Shown here piece by piece: positions 55,361 through 62,549 of a stretch of DNA of 64,000 nt; position 1 is the stretch's first letter; each line of letters begins with the position of its first letter. Position numbers and translations under genes: made by a program. The DNA is from a virus. Lineage: Duplodnaviria; Caudoviricetes. The stretch is from positions 64,001 to 128,000 of the IMG/VR virus record IMGVR_UViG_3300035182_002389; one strand, 5' to 3'. The notes under the pieces were generated by a model. It saw only the letters and a list, made by a program, of their open reading frames with translations, made no database searches and was not told the origin of the DNA.

Positions 55361-56008
55361 TCAGAGGAAGGCGGCGACGGGGTAGCTGCCGAGATAGTCG
55401 CTCTGCACGGCGTCGTAGTCGATGTTGATCCCCGCCGCGATCGTTCGGTTGCCGGGGTAGAGCTGGAGCATCTGGTAGCCGCGCACGTCGACGTCGGGCG
55501 CGCGGCCGGCCGTCTTCCAGTAGCGCGAGACCGAGAGCGAGTGGTAGAGCTGGCTGCTCGTCAGCGGCACGCCGGGCTCGCAGTAGATGCCGAGGGCCGC
55601 GCCGAACATCCCGCCCGCGACTGCCCCCTTGTACCAGGCGTTCGCGTAGGCGATGCACGCCTCCGCCGTCCCTGCATTGGCCAAATCCAACCAGAGACAA
55701 CCTCCCGCGGGATAGCCCATCGAGATGGCGTACGAAGCTGCGGCTTGGCCGTCCGCGAACCCGATCGACTCGCTCCAGCCGCTCGTGCGCCCGAACTGCA
55801 CGAGCATCACGCCGAGCCCCGCTTGGGTGAGCGCGGCCAGCTCCGTTTTTCCGATCGCGAACGGCGACGACTGCCCCGCGAGCGGGACGTACCGCACGCC
55901 GAACTTCATGCCGGCCTTCACGAGCGTTGCGGCCTGGGCCGCGCTGAGCGCCTCGATCGTGTCGAACCCGAGCATGCCCACGGAGAGAGGCTTCAGGGAA
56001 AGGGTCAT
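55361..56008 (-). CDS. DUF1906/Rv2525c-like glycoside hydrolase (putative peptidoglycan hydrolase)
   Basis: GFDT...A..LVKAGMKFGVRYV...K.EL..L...GLGVMLV...DG..AA..A...GYP...LWLD. Confidence 0.8.
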   Translation of the reverse strand: MTLSLKPLSVGMLGFDTIEALSAAQAATLVKAGMKFGVRYVPLAGQSSPFAIGKTELAALTQAGLGVMLVQFGRTSGWSESIGFADGQAAASYAISMGYPAGGCLWLDLANAGTAEACIAYANAWYKGAVAGGMFGAALGIYCEPGVPLTSSQLYHSLSVSRYWKTAGRAPDVDVRGYQMLQLYPGNRTIAAGINIDYDAVQSDYLGSYPVAAFL

Positions 56009-56048
56009 CGTCGTTCCTCCTTCAATCCACCGCGGCCGATCGTACCAC

Positions 56049-56063
56049 GGCTTATCGCAAGCC
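56049..56063. promoter_or_regulatory. dyad motif
   Basis: GGCTTATCGCAAGCC between divergent genes. Confidence 0.75.
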
Positions 56064-56091
56064 GAGGCGATTCGTGCGACCATTGCGATCG

Positions 56092-56598
56092 ATGAACGCG
56101 TTTCGCTACACCCTCGACAAGACGAGGCGCATCGCGCGCGTACAGCTCTCGGGCGACGACCAGGCCGTCGCCCTCGCGTCGTTCGAGAAGTCGGAGGAGT
56201 TCCCGTTCGGCAAGATGTGCGTTCGGCTTCTTCGGCGCGGCAGCGCGATGTACGTCGGCGAGATGCAGCTCAACCCTCGTAGGCCTCACGTCCGCGACAT
56301 GGACCCTACCTGTCTCAACCACTACGAGCGGCTCCGGCCGGCCCTCTACCGCGCCAACGTCGCCCTCTACCGCGTGAGGTCTTCGGACATCTACCTCACC
56401 CATCTCTGGCGCCACGGCTACGGCGTGCTCATGTACGCGGCGGCGCTTCTGCTCGCCGACATGCAAGGGACCGGCATCGGATCGGATGAGTGCTTCTACG
56501 GCTCGACGAGTCGGCGCGCCGGGCGCGTCTGGGAATCGCGGCGCCTCGCTTCGATCGCCGACGTGATGGGCGACATCGCGTTTCTCAAGCGGCGCTGA
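56092..56598 (+). CDS. GNAT-like protein (close paralog of 53382..53906)
   Basis: RPALY...LYRVRSSD...GYGVLMYAAA..LADMQGTGI..DEC. Confidence 0.65.
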   Translation: MNAFRYTLDKTRRIARVQLSGDDQAVALASFEKSEEFPFGKMCVRLLRRGSAMYVGEMQLNPRRPHVRDMDPTCLNHYERLRPALYRANVALYRVRSSDIYLTHLWRHGYGVLMYAAALLLADMQGTGIGSDECFYGSTSRRAGRVWESRRLASIADVMGDIAFLKRR

Positions 56599-56616
56599 GG
56601 TGATACGGTGACCGCC

Positions 56617-56952
56617 ATGGGCAAGAGCCTCCAGAAGTACGCGTCGAGCTTGCGGCGCCCGCGGTTCGTGCACGACTGCAACCGCTGCATCTTCCTCGGA
56701 GGCTCCACGATCGAGGGCGGTCGGCCGGCCGACTTCTACTGGTGCCCCGATCGGCGCAACGAGACCATGAGCAGCATGATCGCGCGCTACGGCGACGACG
56801 GGCCCGAGTATCTCTCGTCCTCGCCGCCCGAGGCCTTCGCCGACCCGCTGTACCTGCTCCAGAAGCGGAAATGGTACAGGACTCTTCTGCGTCGCGCGCA
56901 TCGCGCGGGGCTCTACGCGAACAAGCACAACTACAACCTCTCGGAGCCTTGA
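56617..56952 (+). CDS. hypothetical phage protein
   Basis: PRFVHDCNRCIFLG...DFYWC...ARYGDDGPEYLS; TACGGT 7 nt before the ATG. Confidence 0.65.
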   Translation: MGKSLQKYASSLRRPRFVHDCNRCIFLGGSTIEGGRPADFYWCPDRRNETMSSMIARYGDDGPEYLSSSPPEAFADPLYLLQKRKWYRTLLRRAHRAGLYANKHNYNLSEP

Positions 56953-57494
56953 TGAGCGACCTCAAGCAAATCCAAGAGGCCATCTGGGGGGATCGCGAGA
57001 CCCTCTCACACCTCGAAGGCGCCTACCGAAACTTCTTTCAGACGCGCGACGTCGGCGTCTTGCGACCGTCCAAGACCCTCGTGTACGCGCTCGCGAAGAA
57101 GTACGGCGCCAGCTTCGACGTCGTCCAGGCCGCCATCGGCAAGCTCGTCGCCAACGTCCAGTACGAGATGATGGTCGACTACGTCGCGCGTCTGCCCCAC
57201 ATCCGAGGCCATCTTCGCGAACTCGCCCTTCTCACCTACTCGCCCGATGGCGCGCTCGGGTCGATGAAGAAGCTCACGCCCGAGGTCGAAGAGAGCCTCC
57301 GCTCTTTCTACGCGCCCCTTCGCTGGAAGAGCCCCATGGGCTTGGAGCTGCTCAGCGGCGCGGTCTCGAAGGAGAAGCGCAAGCTCCAAGGCCTTTCGAG
57401 CATGGGCCGAACCGCTCCTTCACCGTTCTCGGAGCCCGCGTCTCTCGGTCCCGTCACCTACCCCGCGCGCCGCAAACCTTCCAGCTCAAACTGA
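56952..57494 (+). CDS. hypothetical protein
   Basis: TGATG coupling; 180 aa. Confidence 0.6.
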   Translation: MSDLKQIQEAIWGDRETLSHLEGAYRNFFQTRDVGVLRPSKTLVYALAKKYGASFDVVQAAIGKLVANVQYEMMVDYVARLPHIRGHLRELALLTYSPDGALGSMKKLTPEVEESLRSFYAPLRWKSPMGLELLSGAVSKEKRKLQGLSSMGRTAPSPFSEPASLGPVTYPARRKPSSSN

Positions 57495-57505
57495 ATCGGA
57501 GTCAC

Positions 57506-57727
57506 ATGGACAAGCTCACTCTTCTCGGTCTTGGCCTCATGGGCGCAGGCGTCGCGACCAAGCTCATCGAGCCGCCCAAGATGGGACAGTCCGCAGAAGT
57601 CATGCGCGGATACGGCGCGCTCGAAATCGTTCTCATCGGCGGCGGCGCGTCGCTCGCCTTCTACGGCGCGTTCGTGAAGGGCAAGACGCCCATGCTCACG
57701 AGCGGACCGCCGTCGTCCTACCGCTGA
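57506..57727 (+). CDS. small two-TM membrane protein
   Basis: LTLLGLGLMGAGVA and IVLIGGGASLAFY. Confidence 0.65.
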   Translation: MDKLTLLGLGLMGAGVATKLIEPPKMGQSAEVMRGYGALEIVLIGGGASLAFYGAFVKGKTPMLTSGPPSSYR

Positions 57728-57731
57728 ACCG

Positions 57732-58076
57732 TCAGTAGTTGTCGATGTAGCGCTTCGCTTCGCGCAACGTCGCCAGGTACTTGCCGCCGCCCGAGTCGGG
57801 GTAGTGAACGCACCAGCCGTGCTTGTCGTGCTCGATCTCCCACCCCTTGTAGATGGTGATCTTCCCACGCTCAGGCACAAACGTGTAGCTCGGGAGCCGT
57901 GCTGTGAGAGACGCCTTTCGGGCGGCCTCCTCACGCTCCGCGGCTTCGCGCGCAGGGCGCTCTGCCTCCCAGCGGAGGTCGGCGAGTCGATCGGCCTCAT
58001 CGGCCGCGGCCAGCTCCGCGGGCGTGTAGCGTGCCGAAGAGACGGAGCGGCTCACAGGACGCTTTCGGATCGTCAT
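57732..58076 (-). CDS. hypothetical protein
   Basis: C-term IYKGWEI...W.V...YLATLREAKRYID. Confidence 0.6.
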   Translation of the reverse strand: MTIRKRPVSRSVSSARYTPAELAAADEADRLADLRWEAERPAREAAEREEAARKASLTARLPSYTFVPERGKITIYKGWEIEHDKHGWCVHYPDSGGGKYLATLREAKRYIDNY

Positions 58077-58080
58077 CGAG

Positions 58081-58440
58081 TCATCTCCCCGAGGAGTGAA
58101 CATTGAGCGTCACCATCACGACCTTCTCGCCGCCGTAGTCGTACGTGTCGACGCTCGGCGCATACTTCGCGACGGCCCCTCGCGCGTCCGTGTGGACCTT
58201 GCGCACGCCGGCGGCCCTCAGCGTTTTTGCGATCCAGTTGGCCGCGCGCAGCTCCAACTTCGCGTCGCCCGAGTCGACGCGGATGCCGCCCGCGTCGTAC
58301 CCTTCGACGTGCAGGGTCTCGGCCGAGAGTGCGACGAGGCGCACGCGGCTGCGAGGCTTCATGTAGCCGGCCTTCACCATCGCAGCGTCGAGCCTGCGTT
58401 GAAGTTCCATGCGGGCGAGGATGGTTTCGGCGCGACTCAT
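58081..58440 (-). CDS. hypothetical protein
   Basis: dyad-like site plus TACGCT 6 nt before the ATG. Confidence 0.6.
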   Translation of the reverse strand: MSRAETILARMELQRRLDAAMVKAGYMKPRSRVRLVALSAETLHVEGYDAGGIRVDSGDAKLELRAANWIAKTLRAAGVRKVHTDARGAVAKYAPSVDTYDYGGEKVVMVTLNVHSSGR

Positions 58441-58489
58441 CCTCGAAGCGTAGACGATCCCGATCCGCTTGTCGCAAGCCGCACAGCAC

Positions 58490-58611
58490 GGAGAACGAGA
58501 ATCGCTCGGGGGCTACGCGCCCCCGAACCCCGCGCCACCTGCGGCGGGGCTATTGTCGGGGCTCTGTCCCGAACCCCGCTGAGGACGCTCACGGCGCGCC
58601 CTCAGACTCCC
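58490..58611 (+). repeat. dispersed repeat family A, copy 6 (most diverged)
   Basis: TCGGGGG-ctacgcg-CCCCCGA...TCGGGG-ctctg-TCCCGA...CTGAGG...CCTCAG-ACTCCC. Confidence 0.88.
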
Positions 58612-58627
58612 GCCGTCATAACAACTC

Positions 58628-59197
58628 CTACGCGTGCGATGCGACAGCGTAAGCCGCGTCGAAGGTCGGCTGATCCCAGCCCACGTAGATCGCGCCGTTG
58701 AGGTCGATGACCGGGATCGCGGTCGCTCCGCTCGGGGGGTTGCCGAGCTTCTTGAACAGCTCGTACGACGTCGTCGGATCCGCGAGGTCGCCGAATGCGT
58801 ACGGCAGACCGCGGCCCTCGAAGTACGCCCTCGCGCGTTTGGTGCGCGGGCAGCTCGTCGTGCCGTAGATGGTCAGCGGGACGACGACCTGCGGAAGAAC
58901 GGGCGACGGAGGCGGAGGCGGAGCGGGCGCCTGAACGGGCACCGGCACGACCGCAGGGGTCAGAGAGCACGACGGCACCTTGTCGGTCGGGCCTCCCGAA
59001 GACGGCACGCCGTCCAAACCCGTGAAGGTCCAAGACCCGTCCGAGTGCACCTCGATCGAACCTCCGTCCGTGGTTGCGAGGGTCGCGACGACCCAAGGCA
59101 TCGGCGCCGGCTCGGCCCGAGGAACGAACCTTTCGTAGCTGTAGCCATACGCCCCGACGGACGCGTGGGTCTTTCCGCAAGAGGCGCAGGAGGGCAT
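58628..59197 (-). CDS. protein with C-terminal glutaredoxin-like domain
   Basis: LTIYGTTSCPRTKRARAY...IPVIDLNG..YVGW; paralogous domain to 18011..18961. Confidence 0.7.
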   Translation of the reverse strand: MPSCASCGKTHASVGAYGYSYERFVPRAEPAPMPWVVATLATTDGGSIEVHSDGSWTFTGLDGVPSSGGPTDKVPSCSLTPAVVPVPVQAPAPPPPPSPVLPQVVVPLTIYGTTSCPRTKRARAYFEGRGLPYAFGDLADPTTSYELFKKLGNPPSGATAIPVIDLNGAIYVGWDQPTFDAAYAVASHA

Positions 59198-59223
59198 GCG
59201 CGAGAGCATAGACGATCTTCGCA

Positions 59224-59238
59224 GACTTGTCGCAAGCC
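59224..59238. promoter_or_regulatory. dyad motif
   Basis: GACTTGTCGCAAGCC between divergent genes. Confidence 0.75.
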
Positions 59239-59293
59239 GTGTAGAAGGCGCCGCGAAGCATTCCTCGCGCCCGCGCCATGATAGGATCCGCCC

Positions 59294-59635
59294 ATGGCCG
59301 ACCCGACTGCCGATCCGACGCCCGCACCTGCCGACCCGACGCCCTCGCCCTCCGACCCTATTCCGGCCCCACTGCCCACGGTCGATCCGGCGAAGATCCT
59401 CCCCTTCGTCAACGCGCTGCGAGCGCTCGCGACGGGGCGCAAGGGCGTTATCGTGCTCGGGGCCATCGCCTTCTGCATCGTCGTCTACTTCAAGGACCCG
59501 ACCAAGCTCACGCAACTCCTCGCGTTCCTCGGCGTGCTGCTCCCTTCGTTCTTCGGCGCGCAGGCGTACGAAGACGGCAAGAAGCAAGAGGCGCTCGCCA
59601 CTGCGAAGCGGTTCGCCACACCGGGCCAAGGGTGA
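59294..59635 (+). CDS. two-TM membrane protein, holin-like
   Basis: GRKGVIVLGAIAFCIVVY and LLAFLGVLLPSFFG; TAGGAT 6 nt before the ATG. Confidence 0.55.
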   Translation: MADPTADPTPAPADPTPSPSDPIPAPLPTVDPAKILPFVNALRALATGRKGVIVLGAIAFCIVVYFKDPTKLTQLLAFLGVLLPSFFGAQAYEDGKKQEALATAKRFATPGQG

Positions 59636-59636
59636 G

Positions 59637-60104
59637 ATGGCTTCGCGCATGTCTGACGCCGACGCGGCTCGCGTCGTCGACGCCATCCGACGAGCCCCCT
59701 ACCGGGCCCGCATGGGAGGGTACTGCTACCCGTGGGCGATCGCGATTCGACGTGCTCTATTGCCCCAGGGCCGTCTTTGCATCGCCGTCAACGACCCCAT
59801 CTTCGTCGCGAGCCGAAACAAACGCCTCGTCGGACATGCCGCGGTTCGATTCAAAGACCGATGGTTCGACGGTGAAGGGGAGACGTCCCTCGGCGCTCTG
59901 AAGGATTGGGCCATGCTCGACGAGCATGACCCGGCCTACGCTCTCGCCGCGGGCGTCGACCTCACACGGTGGGCCTTGCTCGCGGACAAGGTCGGCGTCT
60001 ACGAGGTCACGGAGAAGGAGCTGATCGCGCTCGTTCCCAGCGCCCGAATCGACGCTGCTGACATCGAGAAGGCGATCAAGCGCGTCCGCCCTGAGATGCG
60101 CTGA
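59637..60104 (+). CDS. papain/transglutaminase-fold-like small protein
   Basis: MGGYCYPWAIAI...GHAAVRFKDRWFDGEG. Confidence 0.55.
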   Translation: MASRMSDADAARVVDAIRRAPYRARMGGYCYPWAIAIRRALLPQGRLCIAVNDPIFVASRNKRLVGHAAVRFKDRWFDGEGETSLGALKDWAMLDEHDPAYALAAGVDLTRWALLADKVGVYEVTEKELIALVPSARIDAADIEKAIKRVRPEMR

Positions 60105-60155
60105 AGAACGAGCGAAGATGATGTAGAGTCCCACCTCGGGGAAGGCTCGGGAGAC

Positions 60156-61124
60156 ATGGCCGAACATCTCATTTTCGACGGGCACAACCTTGCCGTGCGG
60201 TGCGCGCACGCCATCGAGGCGGCAGGGCTCACGAACGCGGACGGCGTGCCGACCGGCGAAGCGTTCGCCTTCCTCAAGGCCCTCGGCGGCTTCAAGACGC
60301 GCTTCCCACTCGCGAAGGTCACCGTCGTGTGGGACGGGTCGAGCCACAAGCGCAAGGCCGTCTTCGACGGGTACAAGGCCAGCCGCGGGATGCTCCGCAA
60401 GACCTTCCCCGTCGAGTACCTGAAGGGTCTTCTGCCCTTCCTTTCCGTTCGTCAGGCCATGAGCCCGACCGACGAGGCGGACGACGTCATCGGCGTCCTC
60501 GTGCGCGTTCGCTCCAGCGCAGAGCGAGATCGGGAACGCTCGCCTTCGGCGAGCTGGGAACGGGAACGGGAACGGGAAGAAGACCGCTTCACCATCGTCA
60601 CGACCGACTGCGATCTCCTTCAAACCGTCACGCCGAAGGTCCGCGTCCTCATGCCGCCAGCGGGCGCTGCAAAAGATCGCCGCGAGACCTTGTACGGCGA
60701 GATCGAGGTGCTTGCCGAGTACGGCGTGCCTGTCGGCCAGCTCCTCGACCTTCGCGCGCTCGCGGGAGACGTCTCCGACGAGATCCCCGGCGTGCCCGAG
60801 CTGGGGCCCAAGCGCGCCGCAAAACTCCTCACCTTCCACGGATCACTCGACGCCGTCTTCGAGGAGGCGCTGCGTGACAAGGCTCGCAAGCGCAAAGGCA
60901 TCCTCGCCTCGCCGATGACGGACCTTCAGCGCAAGAACCTGCGCGAGCACGAAGGAATCGTTCGACGCAATCTTGCGATCATGCGCCTCTCGGACGTCGA
61001 CGAGATCACGTACACCGAAGGCGCTTTCAAGGCTCTTCAAGCGGCCGTGCTTCTCCAGAAGCTCGACATCAAGGTCGACCCCATCCTCGACTTGTTCTTC
61101 CCGAAGCAGACCGCGTTCGCGTAG
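60156..61124 (+). CDS. stand-alone 5'-3' exonuclease/flap endonuclease (Pol I N-terminal type)
   Basis: IFDGHNL, VVWD, YKASR, EADDVIG, TTDCDLLQ, GDVSDEIPGVPELGPKRA (H3TH). Confidence 0.92.
   Translation: MAEHLIFDGHNLAVRCAHAIEAAGLTNADGVPTGEAFAFLKALGGFKTRFPLAKVTVVWDGSSHKRKAVFDGYKASRGMLRKTFPVEYLKGLLPFLSVRQAMSPTDEADDVIGVLVRVRSSAERDRERSPSASWEREREREEDRFTIVTTDCDLLQTVTPKVRVLMPPAGAAKDRRETLYGEIEVLAEYGVPVGQLLDLRALAGDVSDEIPGVPELGPKRAAKLLTFHGSLDAVFEEALRDKARKRKGILASPMTDLQRKNLREHEGIVRRNLAIMRLSDVDEITYTEGAFKALQAAVLLQKLDIKVDPILDLFFPKQTAFA
60522..60581 (+). repeat. dispersed repeat family B, copy 5, in-frame inside the exonuclease
   Basis: GAGCGAGATCGGGAACGCTCGCCttcGGCGAGCTGGGAACGGGAACGGGAACGGGAA = ERDRERSPSASWEREREREE. 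Confidence 0.88.
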
Positions 61125-61161
61125 CGGTGCTTCAGGGCGTACGCTTCCTTTCGAGGTAAGC

Positions 61162-61350
61162 ATGCCCAACAGTCGAACGCGCATTTGCTCACTCACGTGT
61201 CCCGAGCGCGTCGATTGCGAGGTGTGCGGCAAAAAGCTCTGCCACGCGCACGAGCCTCACCACGCAGATGGCTCCGTCGCAAGTTTTTCCGACGGCCACT
61301 ACCTTACGCCGACAGGCGTCGTCTGCGTCGCGCGTCACGCGCGAGGATGA
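61162..61350 (+). CDS. small Cys/His-rich protein
   Basis: CEVCGKKLCHAH; SD GAGGT. Confidence 0.45.
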   Translation: MPNSRTRICSLTCPERVDCEVCGKKLCHAHEPHHADGSVASFSDGHYLTPTGVVCVARHARG

Positions 61351-61351
61351 G

Positions 61352-61633
61352 TCAGTCGTCTTCATCGACGGAAATCCACCATCCCTCGGCGTGCTTGAAG
61401 CCCGCAGGGACGTGCCAGACGTAGAGCGGGTCGCCTTTGCGCGATCGCCCCGTCGTCAAAGAGGGGCGAACCGAGACGACGTAGTACGTGCGCGTCGGAT
61501 CTTTGCCGGCGACGCTCTTCGCGAGCGCTGCGAGCAGGCGCTCTTCGTTGCCTGCGCCAACCTCATGCGGACCGTCCACGATGGTCGAGTTCTTTACGCC
61601 GTGGACGACGACCGCGAGGGCTCTTTTCGACAT
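61352..61633 (-). CDS. hypothetical protein
   Basis: TAAAAT 6 nt before the ATG. Confidence 0.6.
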   Translation of the reverse strand: MSKRALAVVVHGVKNSTIVDGPHEVGAGNEERLLAALAKSVAGKDPTRTYYVVSVRPSLTTGRSRKGDPLYVWHVPAGFKHAEGWWISVDEDD

Positions 61634-61650
61634 GGGCGTATTTTACTTTG

Positions 61651-61756
61651 AGACGAGACAAGAGCGAGACTCAGACGAAAAGAACGACCTTCGGTCGAGC
61701 ACGGGCTTCGCCCGAGGACGCGCCTGCGGCACGAGGACGCGCCTTCGGCGCGAGGA
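61651..61756 (+). repeat. dispersed repeat family C, copy 3
   Basis: GA-rich leader, GACGAAAAGAAC-GACCttcGGTC-GAGCAC-GGGCttcGCCC-GAGGAC-GCGCCtgcGGCAC-GAGGAC-GCGCCttcGGCGC. Confidence 0.88.
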
Positions 61757-62485
61757 TTAGCTTAGCCAGTTCTGCACGGCCTGAAAGAGCCGAGGGGCCT
61801 TCCTCTGCATCGCGGAAGGGTCGAGCGCCCACCACGCGGCGGCATCCATCGCGCCCTCGAAGTTGCCCGCGAGCGCGTGGTAGGCCGTGATGGGCCGGTT
61901 CATCGACCCAAGGACTGCAATGACCTCTCGACCCGCCTCGGGGTTCAACGAGAAGGCGGCGTGGGCAGCTTCGTGCGCTGCGACCTTGCTGCCGCCGTGC
62001 ATCCGCGAGCCTGCGATCTCCGTCATCACGGGCAGGTGCGCGTTGATGACCGTCGCGCGGCCCGCGTGACACTCGCCAGAAGAGGTCGAAGAGCCCTCGA
62101 TGACGAGGAACTTGATGCGGATGCCGCGAAAGACGCGCCGCGCCACGATCATCGCTTCGCGTAGCAGCTCGCCGCCGCCGTCCATCGGGCGCCAGAGCCT
62201 CGCTTTTCCGAGCACTGGAGCCCACTTCTTCCAGCGCTCGACGTCGAGCGTCCACTTCGCGAGCGCGCGCGGCGGTCCGAGCACGGCGCCCACCGACCCG
62301 TTGCGACCTTGGTAGACGAGGTAGCCGTCCTTCAGGTCGTAGCCTGCGATGGCCGGCGCGAACGTGTCTTCGGTGTCGAAGGACTCCGCGTAGACCTTGC
62401 CGACGCCTTCGACGCGCACCCATCCCGCGGAGCCTTCCAGGCTCTTCTTCGCTCGCTTGCGAAGGGTGTCAGGGGTGAGCGGCAT
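61757..62485 (-). CDS. HExxH metallopeptidase-like protein
   Basis: VAAHEAAHAAF. Confidence 0.6.
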   Translation of the reverse strand: MPLTPDTLRKRAKKSLEGSAGWVRVEGVGKVYAESFDTEDTFAPAIAGYDLKDGYLVYQGRNGSVGAVLGPPRALAKWTLDVERWKKWAPVLGKARLWRPMDGGGELLREAMIVARRVFRGIRIKFLVIEGSSTSSGECHAGRATVINAHLPVMTEIAGSRMHGGSKVAAHEAAHAAFSLNPEAGREVIAVLGSMNRPITAYHALAGNFEGAMDAAAWWALDPSAMQRKAPRLFQAVQNWLS

Positions 62486-62524
62486 CTTCTGCTCATTCTG
62501 CGTACGTCAGGGCTCGCTGTCGAT

Positions 62525-62539
62525 GACTTTCAGTAAGCC
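62525..62539. promoter_or_regulatory. dyad motif
   Basis: GACTTTCAGTAAGCC. Confidence 0.7.
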
Positions 62540-62549
62540 AGCCGCCCGA

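Noticed and set aside
33601-58611. Repeat A as tRNA, or as simple rho-independent terminators
   Set aside because: There is no acceptor stem, TTC arm or anticodon geometry, no U-tract, and the orientation is independent of the genes.
60156-61124. Complete DNA polymerase I
   Set aside because: Only the 5' nuclease domain is present; the ORF stops at 322 aa with no polymerase motifs downstream.
3377-62539. Dyad as an integron attC, dif or loxP-type recombination site
   Set aside because: The arms are only 5 bp with a 5-bp spacer, there is no GTTRRRY core and no recombinase in the window, and the position correlates with promoters.
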